Assembly (NCBI GenBank): GCA_029553505.1
Contig: JAKPKY010000165.1
Location: forward strand, 36,595-100,594
Length of the DNA: 64,000 nucleotides
Source of the DNA: Planctomycetota bacterium
GTDB taxonomy: Bacteria > Planctomycetota > Phycisphaerae > SM23-33
Direction of reading: 5' to 3'
Shown here: positions 54,658 through 64,000 of the stretch, in pieces
How the letters are laid out: each line of letters starts with the position of its first letter
How positions within the stretch are numbered: the stretch's first letter is position 1
Notes under the pieces: model-generated
Database searches by the model: none
Told to the model about the DNA's origin: nothing
Seen by the model: only the letters and a program-made list of their open reading frames with translations
Translations under genes and position numbers: made by a program

Positions 54658-55479
54658 ATGATCCACACGCTCAAGCATTTCCTGCTGTTCCTGCGAGGCC
54701 TGCACGAGGACCGGCGCGTCATCGCGCAGCTGACGCGGCGCGACTTCCAGACGCGCTACCTCGGCAGCTATCTCGGGCTCGTGTGGGCGTTCGTCCAGCC
54801 GGCCGTCACCATCGCCATCTTCTGGTTCGTCTTCGAGGTCGGCCTCCGGCAGCGCGGCGTGAGCGGCGAGCCGTTTGTCCTTTTCCTCGTCAGCGGGCTG
54901 ATTCCCTGGTTCTTCTTCGCCGACGCGCTGAGCGGCGCGACGACGGCCGTCCTCCAGAACGACTTCCTCGTCAAGAACGTTGTTTTCCGCGTCAGCGTGT
55001 TGCCCATCGTCCGCGTGCTCTGCGCGCTGTTCATCCACGCATTCTTCCTGTGTGTGCTGGTGGGCCTGTTCGCCCTCTACGGGCGCTGGCCCGACGCGTA
55101 CAGCCTCCAGGTGCTCTACTACTCCGCCGGCGCGGCGGTGCTGCTGCTGGGCCTGGGCTGGGGCCTGTCGGCCGTCGGGCCGTTCGTGCGCGACCTGCCG
55201 CACCTGGTCAACGTGGTGGTGCAGCTGGGATTCTGGCTGACGCCGATCGTGTGGAACTTCGAGTTCGTCGAGCGCAAGTCGCGCCTGATCGCCACGCTGC
55301 TGAAGCTCAACCCGATGTTCTACGTGGTGCGCGGCTACCGCGACGCGCTGGTGACGAAGGTGTGGTTCTGGCAGCACCCGTGGGGGACGGCGTATTTCTG
55401 GTGCGTGACGGGCGCGGTGTTCGTGCTCGGGGCGACGGTGTTCCGCCGCCTCCGCCCGCACTTCGCGGACGTGCTGTGA
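54658..55479 (+). CDS. wzm: ABC-2 polysaccharide exporter permease
   Basis: RYLGSYLGLVWAFVQP, FWLTPIVW, LNPM, FADVL. Confidence 0.93.
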   Translation: MIHTLKHFLLFLRGLHEDRRVIAQLTRRDFQTRYLGSYLGLVWAFVQPAVTIAIFWFVFEVGLRQRGVSGEPFVLFLVSGLIPWFFFADALSGATTAVLQNDFLVKNVVFRVSVLPIVRVLCALFIHAFFLCVLVGLFALYGRWPDAYSLQVLYYSAGAAVLLLGLGWGLSAVGPFVRDLPHLVNVVVQLGFWLTPIVWNFEFVERKSRLIATLLKLNPMFYVVRGYRDALVTKVWFWQHPWGTAYFWCVTGAVFVLGATVFRRLRPHFADVL

Positions 55480-55489
55480 GGAAGTTTCG

Positions 55490-56875
55490 ATGACGGACGG
55501 TGCGACAGGACGAGCCTCCGCTTTCGATCCGCCGGCGGACGACGCCGCGGCGCTGGACGTGCGCGGGCTGAGCAAGGTCTACCGCCTGTACGACCGCCGC
55601 ATCCACCGCCTGTTCGAGTCGCTGCATCCGCTGCGGCGCAACTACCACCGCGACTTCTACGCGCTGCGGGACGTGAGCTTTTCGGTGGCCCGCGGCGAGA
55701 CGTTCGGGATCATCGGGCGCAACGGCAGCGGAAAGAGCACGCTGCTGAAGATCCTCGCGGGGGTGCTGACCGCGAGCGACGGGCAGGTGCGGGTGCGCGG
55801 GCGCGTCTCGGCGCTGCTGGAGCTGGGCACGGGGTTCAACCCGCTGCTGACGGGCATCGAGAACTGCCGATTCGCCGGCGCGCTGATGGGCTACAGCGGC
55901 GCGGAGATGGACGAGAAGCTCCGCGCCATCGAGGCGTTCGCCGACATCGGCGAATACATCCGCCAGCCGGTGCGGTCGTACAGCAGCGGCATGTTCGCCC
56001 GCCTGGCGTTCGCGGTGGCGATCAGCGCCGAGCCGGACGTGCTGATCGTCGACGAGGCGCTGTCGGTGGGCGACGAGGCGTTCCAGCGCAAGTGCTTCGC
56101 GCGGATCGAGCAGATCCAGCAGCGGGGCGGTACGATCCTGTTCGTCTCGCACTCGGCGGCGGCCGTGACGCACCTGTGCTCCCGCGCAATCCTGCTCGAC
56201 CGCGGCGAGCTGCTGCTGGCGGGCGAGGCGCGCCCGGTCGTCGCGCGCTACCACCGGCTGATCTACGCCCCGCCGGAGAGCCTCCAGGCCACGCGCGACG
56301 AAATCCGCCGCGAGGGCATCGTCGCGGACGAACCGCCCGCCGACGCCTCGCCCCAACCGGCCGACGACTGGTTCGACCCGCACATGAAGCCGCTCAGCAC
56401 CGTCCGCTACGAGTCGCGCGGGGCGGAACTCGCCTCGCCGCGCATCACCACGCTTTCCGGCGAGCCGGTGAACCTGCTGACCAGCGGGCAGGAGTACCTG
56501 CTGTCGTTCGACATGCACATCCGCCGGGAGCTGCGCCGGTCGCGCTGGGGCTTCACCATCAAGTCGCTGACGGGCGTGGAACTGGGCGGCATCACCTCGC
56601 ACCCGGAAGGCCACGGCGTGGACCGCCTGGAACCGGGCACGGTGGTGCGGGCGCAGTTCCGGTTCCGCTGCCTGCTGGCCGAGGGAACCTACTTCGCCAG
56701 CGTGGGCGTGGTGCGGTGGGAGCAGTGCACGCAGGAGTGGGCGCACCGCCTGGACGACGCGCTGATGTTCCGCGTCTCGCCGACGGTCCCGCGGGAGTTT
56801 TCCGGCACGGTGGACTTCCGCCCGCCGTCTGGGCCGCCCTGCGCCTCGTGGACGATCGAGGAGGACGCGCCGTGA
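55490..56875 (+). CDS. wzt: ABC exporter ATPase with C-terminal carbohydrate-binding (Wzt_C) domain
   Basis: GRNGSGKST, YSSGM, DEALSVGD, VSH; beta-rich C-terminal extension. Confidence 0.95.
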   Translation: MTDGATGRASAFDPPADDAAALDVRGLSKVYRLYDRRIHRLFESLHPLRRNYHRDFYALRDVSFSVARGETFGIIGRNGSGKSTLLKILAGVLTASDGQVRVRGRVSALLELGTGFNPLLTGIENCRFAGALMGYSGAEMDEKLRAIEAFADIGEYIRQPVRSYSSGMFARLAFAVAISAEPDVLIVDEALSVGDEAFQRKCFARIEQIQQRGGTILFVSHSAAAVTHLCSRAILLDRGELLLAGEARPVVARYHRLIYAPPESLQATRDEIRREGIVADEPPADASPQPADDWFDPHMKPLSTVRYESRGAELASPRITTLSGEPVNLLTSGQEYLLSFDMHIRRELRRSRWGFTIKSLTGVELGGITSHPEGHGVDRLEPGTVVRAQFRFRCLLAEGTYFASVGVVRWEQCTQEWAHRLDDALMFRVSPTVPREFSGTVDFRPPSGPPCASWTIEEDAP

Positions 56876-57840
56876 CGCGGACCCCGACGCTCTCGATCGT
56901 CGTAACGGTCTACAACATGCGCCGCGAGGCGCCGCGCACGCTCCGCTCGCTGACGCCCGAATACCAGGGCGTCGACGCGGACACCTACGAGGTGATCGTG
57001 GTGGACAACGGCTCGTCCGAGCCGCTGGACGAGCGCGAGGTCCGCTCGATCGGCCCGAACTTCCGCTGTCTGTCGATGGACCGCCCCGCGCCGTCGCCCG
57101 TGCCGGCGATGAACTTCGGCGCAGCCGCAGCGCGGGGGCGCTGGCTGGGCCTGATGATCGATGGCGCGCGGATCCTCACGCCCGGGGTGATTTCCCTGGC
57201 GCTGCGGGCCGTTGCCGCGTACGACGAGCCCGTCGTCGCGACGCTGGGCTTCCACCTCGGGCCCGACGTGCAGTACCGCTCCGTCGCGCGAGGCTACTGC
57301 CAGCGCGAGGAGGACCGCCTGCTGGCGCAAATCGGCTGGCCCGCCGACGGCTATCGCCTGTTCGAGATTTCCTCGCTGGGGGGCTCGTCGCGGTTCGGCT
57401 GGTTCCTGCCGATCGCCGAGAGCAACTGCGTGTTCCTCTCGCGCGGGCTCTGGGCGCGCCTGGGCGGGTACGACGAGCGGTTCGCCGCGCCGGGCGGCGG
57501 GCTGGCGAACCTGGATTTCTACAAGCGCGCGTGCGAGTCCGCCGGCGTCCAGCCGGTCGTGCTGCTGGGCGAGGGGACGTTCCACCAGCTTCACGGCGGA
57601 GCCTCGACGGGCCTTGCCGCCGGGGAAAATGAGCGGCGCTGGGACGCGGACAACGCTTTTTACGCCTCCCTGCGGGGCGAGGGGTACCGCTGCCCGACGC
57701 GCAAGCCGGTGTTCCTGGGCTCCGTGCCCCCGCCGGCCGAGGCGCTGCTGCGCCTCTCGCTGGAGATCGCCGAGCGCGCCCGGCGCGAGGGTTCGCCCGC
57801 GCCGTATGAGACCGTGGAAAGAAGCGTCCGACCGACATGA
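56872..57840 (+). CDS. GT2 glycosyltransferase
   Basis: LSIVVTVYN, VVDNGS, GGYDERF; GTGA overlap. Confidence 0.88.
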   Translation: MTRTPTLSIVVTVYNMRREAPRTLRSLTPEYQGVDADTYEVIVVDNGSSEPLDEREVRSIGPNFRCLSMDRPAPSPVPAMNFGAAAARGRWLGLMIDGARILTPGVISLALRAVAAYDEPVVATLGFHLGPDVQYRSVARGYCQREEDRLLAQIGWPADGYRLFEISSLGGSSRFGWFLPIAESNCVFLSRGLWARLGGYDERFAAPGGGLANLDFYKRACESAGVQPVVLLGEGTFHQLHGGASTGLAAGENERRWDADNAFYASLRGEGYRCPTRKPVFLGSVPPPAEALLRLSLEIAERARREGSPAPYETVERSVRPT

Positions 57841-60800
57841 GCAACACCTGCATCGTGGTCCTGGGCATGCACCGCAGCGGCACCAGCGCGCTGACCGGCG
57901 CGCTGCGCCTGCTGGGCGTGGACCTGGGCAGCCACGTCATGCCCCCCAGCGAAGGGCAGAACGACCGGGGCTTCTGGGAGCACCTGCACGTCTACCACTG
58001 CCACGAAGAGCTGCTGAAAGCCCTGTCGCGCACGTGGGACGACCCGCGCCCGCTCCCGGTGGACTGGCAGCGGCTGGACTGCGTCAAGCCGCTCCGCCTG
58101 CGCCTGGAGGCGATCCTCTCGCGCGATTTCTCCGCGTCGGGGCTCTGGGGCATCAAGGACCCGCGCATGTGCCGCCTGCTTCCGCTCTGGCTGGAGATTT
58201 TCGCGAACCTCGGGTCCGAGCCGGCGTTCCTGCATTCGCACCGCCCGGCCGTCGAGGTTGCCCGGTCGCTGCACAAGCGGGACGGGTTCTCGATGGACAA
58301 GTCGCTTCTGCTGGCGGCCGACCACACGCTGGCGGCCGAACTGGGCACGCGGGGCCGGCGGCGGGCATTCGTGGAGTACGCCGACCTGCTGGCTGACCCC
58401 GCCGCCGCGCTGGACCGCGCGGGGCGCGAGCTGGGGATCGCCTGGCCTCGCCCGCCGACCGAGGCGCGCGACGAGCTGCGCGAGTTCGTCTCCCCGACGC
58501 TGCGCCACCACGTCGGCAAGGCCGCCGAGGCGGGCGCGGGCCCGCTGGCGGACCTCGCCCGGCGCGTGGACGAGGCGATGCGCGACGCCTGCCAGGGCCG
58601 GGCCGACGAACTGGCCGGACGCTTCGACGCCCTGCGCGACGAGCTGGCCCGCCTGACCGCGCCGATGAACGGCGTGTGCGGCGATCACGTGGACGACCTG
58701 CTGCGCCGCCAGGCGGACGAACTGGGCAACCTCGACGCGCTCGTGCAGGAGCGCACCCGCTGGGCCCGCGCGCTGGAGGCGAACCTGCGGACGGAAAAGG
58801 CCAGGCTCGCCCGCATCCTCCAGTCGCGCACGTGGCGGCTCGCCGAGGGCATCCACCGCGTGGTCGGGGCCGTCCGCGCCTTCAAGGCCGAGCGGAGGGA
58901 AATCCTCGCCGCCAGGTCCCGTCGCGTTCCGCTGGCGATCCGCCGGACGGTGCGCCGGGGTCTTCACGGCCTGCGCCGAAGCCGCTGCGCGATCCGCCGC
59001 GCCGCCGTCCTGGCCGGCGCGAAGCTCGGTCGCCTGCCTCGCCTGGACTGCTGCGGCGAAACTCCCGACGTGTCGATTGTCATCCCCGTCTACAACAAGC
59101 TCGCGTTCACGTTGGACTGCCTGTGGTCGATCGCGGCCGCGAACAACCGCGCAAGCTGCGAGGTGATCGTCGTCGATGACTGCTCGACGGACGGCACGGC
59201 GGCGCTGCTGTCGCGCGTGGCGAACCTGCGTTGCATCCGCAACGGGACAAACCTGGGGTTCCTGCGGTCCGCCAACGCCGGGGCCGCCGCCGCGCGGGGG
59301 AAATACATCCTCCTGCTCAACAACGACACCACCGTCACGCCCGGCTGGATCGACCGTCTGCGGGAGACGTTCGACCGGTTCGCCGACGCCGGGCTGGCGG
59401 GCGCGAAGCTGGTTTACCCCAACGGAGTGCTCCAGGAGGCGGGCGGAATCCTCTGGCGCGACGGCAGCGCGTGGAACTACGGAAACGGCGACGACCCGTT
59501 GGAGGCGCAGTACAACTACGTCCGCCGGGCGGACTACGTCTCGGGCGCTGCCGTCATGATTCCCGCCGACTTCTGGCGACAGCTCGGGGGCTTCAGCGAG
59601 GAGTTCCTGCCCGCCTACTGCGAGGACTCGGACCTGGCGATGCGCGTCCGGGCGGCGGGGCGGCAGGTGTACTACCAGCCGGCGGCCGTCGTCGTCCACC
59701 ACGAGGGCGTCTCCCACGGGCGGTCCGTCCGCGCCGGGCTCAAGAGCCACCAGGTCGCCAACCAGCGAAAGCTCTTCGAGAAATGGCAAACGGTCCTGGA
59801 GGCGGAGCATTTCGCCAACGGCAGCGAGGTCTTTCTTGCCCGCGACCGCAGCCGGGACCGAAAAACGCTGCTGTTCATCGACCACTACGTGCCGCACTTC
59901 GACCGCGACGCGGGCTCGCGCACCGTGATGGCGTACCTGCGCCTGTTCGTGTCGATGGGCCTGAACGTCAAGTTCCTCCCGGACAACTTCGCCCGCAGGG
60001 AGCCCTACACGACGGCGCTGGAGCAGATGGGCGTGGAGGTGCTCTGCGGCGGGCGGATGGCGCAGGGGTGGCGCCGGTGGATCCGCGATCACGGGCAGTA
60101 CCTGCGCTACGTGCTGCTGAGCCGCCCGAGCGTCGCGCCGAAATACGTCGATGTGCTCCGCGCCGCCACGGGCGCCAGGCTGCTGTACTACGGGCACGAC
60201 CTGCACTACCTGCGCGAGCGGCGGGCCTTCGAACTGGACGGGCGCGAGGAGCACCGCGCCGCGGCCGAGCACTGGCAGGCGATCGAACTGGACCTGCTGG
60301 CCCGCATGGACGCGGTGTACTACCCCTCGCCCGTCGAGATCGACGAAGTCCTGCGGGAGCTGCCCGGCGCCAACGCGCGGGCGATTCCCGCGTATATCTT
60401 CGACCGCTTCCCGACCGACGCGCCCCCGCCGGCCGAGGGGCGCAGCGGATTGATCTTCGTCGGCGGGTTCGGACACCCGCCCAACGCCGGCGCGGTCACG
60501 TGGTTCGCGCGCGAGGTGCTGCCCGCCGTCCGCGAGAAGCTGGGCGGCGTGAAGTTCCACGTCGTCGGCTCGCAGGCCCCGCCGGAGGTGCTGTCCCTGG
60601 CGTCGGACGACGTGATCGTGCACGGGTTCGTTTCCGACGACGAGCTGGACCGCCTCTACGCCACGTGCCGGCTGGCCGTCGTGCCCCTGCGGTACGGCGC
60701 GGGGGTCAAGGGAAAGGTCGTCGAGGCGCTCTACAAGCGGATCCCGCTGGTGACGACGTCGGTGGGGGCCGAAGGGCTGGTGGGCGTGGCCTCGTGCGCG

Positions 60801-60989
60801 GTGGTGGCCGACGGCGCGGAGCAGTTCGCCGCCGCGGTCGCGGAAGCGTACAACGACCCCGCGCGCCTCGACGCGCTGGCCCGCGCCGGCCTGGAGTACG
60901 TGCGGGAGCGATTCTCTCCGGCTGCGGCCCGCGCCGCCATCGCGCCGGAAATCCCCGAGGCCCTCGACCCGCGGAGCGCAACGCCATGA
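57837..60989 (+). CDS. Multidomain protein: sulfotransferase-like + coiled coil + GT2 + GT4-like
   Basis: VLGMHRSGTSAL, KDPRMC (sulfotransferase); heptad helix ending SRTWRL; SIVIPVYN/VDDCS/LLNNDT/YCEDSD (GT2); GGFGHPPN, PLRYGAGVKGKVVEA (GT4). Confidence 0.88.
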   Translation: MSNTCIVVLGMHRSGTSALTGALRLLGVDLGSHVMPPSEGQNDRGFWEHLHVYHCHEELLKALSRTWDDPRPLPVDWQRLDCVKPLRLRLEAILSRDFSASGLWGIKDPRMCRLLPLWLEIFANLGSEPAFLHSHRPAVEVARSLHKRDGFSMDKSLLLAADHTLAAELGTRGRRRAFVEYADLLADPAAALDRAGRELGIAWPRPPTEARDELREFVSPTLRHHVGKAAEAGAGPLADLARRVDEAMRDACQGRADELAGRFDALRDELARLTAPMNGVCGDHVDDLLRRQADELGNLDALVQERTRWARALEANLRTEKARLARILQSRTWRLAEGIHRVVGAVRAFKAERREILAARSRRVPLAIRRTVRRGLHGLRRSRCAIRRAAVLAGAKLGRLPRLDCCGETPDVSIVIPVYNKLAFTLDCLWSIAAANNRASCEVIVVDDCSTDGTAALLSRVANLRCIRNGTNLGFLRSANAGAAAARGKYILLLNNDTTVTPGWIDRLRETFDRFADAGLAGAKLVYPNGVLQEAGGILWRDGSAWNYGNGDDPLEAQYNYVRRADYVSGAAVMIPADFWRQLGGFSEEFLPAYCEDSDLAMRVRAAGRQVYYQPAAVVVHHEGVSHGRSVRAGLKSHQVANQRKLFEKWQTVLEAEHFANGSEVFLARDRSRDRKTLLFIDHYVPHFDRDAGSRTVMAYLRLFVSMGLNVKFLPDNFARREPYTTALEQMGVEVLCGGRMAQGWRRWIRDHGQYLRYVLLSRPSVAPKYVDVLRAATGARLLYYGHDLHYLRERRAFELDGREEHRAAAEHWQAIELDLLARMDAVYYPSPVEIDEVLRELPGANARAIPAYIFDRFPTDAPPPAEGRSGLIFVGGFGHPPNAGAVTWFAREVLPAVREKLGGVKFHVVGSQAPPEVLSLASDDVIVHGFVSDDELDRLYATCRLAVVPLRYGAGVKGKVVEALYKRIPLVTTSVGAEGLVGVASCAVVADGAEQFAAAVAEAYNDPARLDALARAGLEYVRERFSPAAARAAIAPEIPEALDPRSATP

Positions 60990-61717
60990 AAACCCTCCAG
61001 GTGGAAACCGTCACGCTGAACGTGCTGGACCGCCCCCGAATCCGTCGGCGCGAGGACCTGCTGGAACTGTACTGGCGGTCGCACCCGCGGTGGTTGTTCC
61101 TCAAGTCCGCCCCGCCGGGCGCGAAAGTGCTCGACGTTGGCGCGGGTTCCGGCGGGATGGTTCTGTGGAAGGGCTGGTGCGAGCCCCGGCGGGACGACCT
61201 GCGCATGTACGCGGTGGACCGCACGCGCGGCGAGCTGTTCGACCGCTACGACGGGTGGCAGGTGGCGGACCTGGACGTCGAGCCCGTCCGCTGCGGCGAG
61301 GGAGCGTTCGACGCCGTCGTCATGTCGCACGTGCTGGAACACCTGACCGACGAGGATGCGTTCTTCGCCCGCCTGGAGCCGCGGCTGGCGCCGGGGGCGC
61401 AGGTCTACATCGAACTGCCCGCGCCGTGGACCGCCGTCTGCCCCAGCCGGACGCTCTTCCTCGAACGCGGCATCGACGTGTCCACCGTCAACTTCTTCGA
61501 CGACGCGACGCACAAGCGGACCTTCGACCGCCCGGAGCTCTGGGCGCTGCTGGAACGCCACGGCTTCCGCGTGGTCCACTGGGGCGTCATCCGCAACCGC
61601 TTCCTGGAGGACGAGATGTTCACGTTCGGCTACACGCACCGCGACCAGGAACTGACCACCTACGGCGTGTGGTCGAAGCTCTCGTGGGCGCAGTACCTCG
61701 TGGCCGAGAGGCCGTGA
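60986..61717 (+). CDS. Class I SAM-dependent methyltransferase
   Basis: VLDVGAGSG, FDAVVMSHVLEH, LAPGA. Confidence 0.88.
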   Translation: MKTLQVETVTLNVLDRPRIRRREDLLELYWRSHPRWLFLKSAPPGAKVLDVGAGSGGMVLWKGWCEPRRDDLRMYAVDRTRGELFDRYDGWQVADLDVEPVRCGEGAFDAVVMSHVLEHLTDEDAFFARLEPRLAPGAQVYIELPAPWTAVCPSRTLFLERGIDVSTVNFFDDATHKRTFDRPELWALLERHGFRVVHWGVIRNRFLEDEMFTFGYTHRDQELTTYGVWSKLSWAQYLVAERP

Positions 61718-61828
61718 GCGGGCGCCGTGGTTTGTCCCGAAGGGACAACCACGTGGGTTCCGCGTGGTTGCGGCGTTCCGCTTGCGCGGAACTCCGCAAT
61801 CCACGGCACCCATAGTGCGAGATACGTA

Positions 61829-63460
61829 TCAGGGGCGGGATGTGGTTTCCGGCGCAGCGCGGACGAACTTTCGGAATCCCACGGCCGGCAGGTCGGAAAC
61901 CTCGGGTTCGACCGGCGTCTCGCGCCAGCCGGACAACTCCGCCGCGTCGCGGACGATCCGCCGGGTGTTCTCCGGGTGGACGGTCGTGGGGGGCTTCTTC
62001 GTCACCACGTAGAACGCGTCGACGCCCGCGCGGTCGATGCAGTCGCGGATGTCGTCCGGGCCGCGATAGCCCCAGAACAACTCGTGCACGAGGCTCGTGT
62101 CGCCGTCGGACAGGCAGAGGATCTGGCTGGCGACGCCCCAGTCGGCGGCGAGGAACGTCGCGCGTCCGGCGGCGCGGGCGGCGAATTCGCCCGCCGCCGT
62201 CAGCGACGGGTCCCACCCCGCCGAGGCCTCGCCGCGCAGCAGCGAATCGCGCGTGCGGACGAGCCCGTCGGCCCGCAGTCCGACGCACAGCAGCACGACA
62301 GCCGCCAGAACCGCGCGCGACGCCCACGCCCGCCGCGCCGCGCCCACGGGCAGCGCCAGCGCCGCCGCGATGGCTGCGTACTGGAACGGCGTGCCGAGAA
62401 TCCAGTGGTGCACCCACGTGTTCTGGGGCAGCAGGGGCAGCAGCACGCCGACGGCGAGGTAGCTGCCCGCCAGCACGCCGGCCATGCGAAGGTGCGGGTC
62501 GCGCCGCCCCCGCAGCAGCCCGGCCAGCAGCAGCGCCGCCATCGCCGCGCCGACGACGCCCGCCTCCGCCGCCCGCGCGGCGCCGGTGCTGTCGCCCAGG
62601 ATGAGGCTGCGCAGCTTGCCCCCGCCGCCGAGTGACAGGTAATCCACCGCATACCGCCCGATGTCCGCGGGCGACATCGCGCGGACGTGCGCCACGTCGC
62701 GCAGGGAGATGGGGCTGCCCGAGTGCCACCAGGTGGCCGCGTTGACCGCGATCAGCGGCAGCGCGCCGACCAGCCCGCCCAGCACGCACGCACGCCAGTG
62801 GCGCAACGTCCGGCGTGCCGGGCTCATCGTCATCATCAGCGCCAGCGGGCCGACCAGCACCACGGAGCTGAGTTTCTCGAAGCACGCCATCGCCGCAAAG
62901 AACGCCAGCAGGAAACTGTTGCCCGGGCGCGGCTCGCCGCGCGCCTCGCCGCGGAGATACGTGCCCAGCATCGCCAGGCGCAGCAGCAGCGCCAGCGCGG
63001 CAGGGCCCCAGTCGAACCGGCTGACGAGCAGGACGGCGACGTCGGAGAGCGTCAGCAGGGCAAACGCCCCCGCCCCAGCCGGAGAAAGCCCGCGCCGCGC
63101 CAGCGGGAAAAACGCCACCAGCCCCGCCGCGACGAGCAGGATGCCCGCCATCCGCCATTCCGTCATGGAAAACCGCGCGCCGGTGGCGCGCAGGTACAGC
63201 CCGTACAAGCCGGTCTTGATGGCCGCGCTGTACGTCATGTTCATCGCGGGCAGTCCGCCGACGCGGAGAGCGGCCGGGTAGGTGCGGTCCGGATGCACGT
63301 AGGCGAACGCCCCCTTCGCCTGGTCCAGCTCGTCGTAGTACGCGCCCTGGGCGTCGAGGCGGAGGGTCGCGAACCACACGAAGATCGCGGCGGTTGCCAG
63401 GGCGAGCGCCCAGGCAGCCGGGCGGCCCAGGCCCGCGCGGAATGGATTGGGAAATTTCAC
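61829..63460 (-). CDS. Polytopic membrane protein, probable GT-C (ArnT/PMT-like) glycosyltransferase
   Basis: First loop YYDE after TM1, many TM helices, soluble C-terminal domain with DWG. Confidence 0.6.
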   Translation of the reverse strand: MKFPNPFRAGLGRPAAWALALATAAIFVWFATLRLDAQGAYYDELDQAKGAFAYVHPDRTYPAALRVGGLPAMNMTYSAAIKTGLYGLYLRATGARFSMTEWRMAGILLVAAGLVAFFPLARRGLSPAGAGAFALLTLSDVAVLLVSRFDWGPAALALLLRLAMLGTYLRGEARGEPRPGNSFLLAFFAAMACFEKLSSVVLVGPLALMMTMSPARRTLRHWRACVLGGLVGALPLIAVNAATWWHSGSPISLRDVAHVRAMSPADIGRYAVDYLSLGGGGKLRSLILGDSTGAARAAEAGVVGAAMAALLLAGLLRGRRDPHLRMAGVLAGSYLAVGVLLPLLPQNTWVHHWILGTPFQYAAIAAALALPVGAARRAWASRAVLAAVVLLCVGLRADGLVRTRDSLLRGEASAGWDPSLTAAGEFAARAAGRATFLAADWGVASQILCLSDGDTSLVHELFWGYRGPDDIRDCIDRAGVDAFYVVTKKPPTTVHPENTRRIVRDAAELSGWRETPVEPEVSDLPAVGFRKFVRAAPETTSRP

Positions 63461-64000
63461 GGGTCGTATTCCTTTATGGCCGCGCGCGGTTCGGCGCGGA
63501 CGAACTTTCGCACACCGACGGCGGGCAGGTTGGCGATCTGGGCTTCCGTCTCGACGCGCCGCCAGGCGGGCAGCGTTTCCGTGTCGCGCAGCATGCGGTC
63601 GGTCTCGACCGTGCGGATGGGCGAGGGCGGCTTCTTCCAGACGACGTACAGCGCGTCGCGCCCGCAGCCGCGCGCGATGTCCAGCACGTCGGCCTGGCCG
63701 CGGTAGTCCCAGAACGGCTCGTACAGCACGCCCTCGCGCCCGTCGGCATGGCAGACGATCTGGGTTCCGACGCCCCAGTCCGCGGCCAGGAAGACCGCGT
63801 CGTCGGCGTGGCGCGCGGCGAAGCGCCCCATCGCGTTGAGCGAGGGATGCCAGTCGATCGAGGCATCGCCGTGGAGCAGGGAGCGTTCGAGCATCGCGCA
63901 GCCGGGGATTCGCGCCAGCAGCAGCGCGGCGACCGCCAGCGGCAGGGCTGCACGGACAATGCGGGCGCGTTTCGTTTCCGCCCGCCCGCCCAGCACGCCC
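63457..64000 (-). CDS. Paralogue of the preceding GT-C-like protein (5' part outside the window)
   Basis: WHPSL..FLAADWGV..FWDYRG..KKPP..LPAVGVRKFVRA matches the C-terminus of 61829-63460. Confidence 0.7.
   Translation of the reverse strand, partial: GVLGGRAETKRARIVRAALPLAVAALLLARIPGCAMLERSLLHGDASIDWHPSLNAMGRFAARHADDAVFLAADWGVGTQIVCHADGREGVLYEPFWDYRGQADVLDIARGCGRDALYVVWKKPPSPIRTVETDRMLRDTETLPAWRRVETEAQIANLPAVGVRKFVRAEPRAAIKEYDP

Noticed and set aside
57660..60623. 987-aa minus-strand ORF
   Set aside because: Antisense shadow of the sulfotransferase-GT fusion

Overview
High-GC bacterial chromosomal segment; gene content and lipobox style suggest a Planctomycetota (Phycisphaerae-like) organism, which is inference only. 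It is mostly housekeeping and metabolic: a partial L-fucose isomerase-like gene, galK, mutS, separated trpB and trpA, hflX, rny with a probable upstream 6S RNA, rsmA, a RicT/PSP1 protein, cstA, mscS, a sulfatase and two URO-D/MtaA-like proteins. Accessory elements are (1) a lower-GC HigB/HigA-ImmA toxin-antitoxin islet; (2) a REP-associated tyrosine transposase (RAYT) with GTAG REPs, beside an NlpC/P60 gene bracketed by two near-identical 77-bp REP doublets in direct orientation, the best candidate for an undescribed cargo-cassette system; (3) a four-gene OM beta-barrel / lipoprotein / FecR / CHASE2-adenylate cyclase signalling cluster; and (4) an rmlADCB-wzm-wzt glycan locus with a sulfotransferase-coiled coil-GT2-GT4 fusion. 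Intergenic spaces hold many distinct palindromic repeat families, and several genes look leaderless. No CRISPR array, tRNA or rRNA was seen. All calls come from motif recognition by eye; no searches were run.
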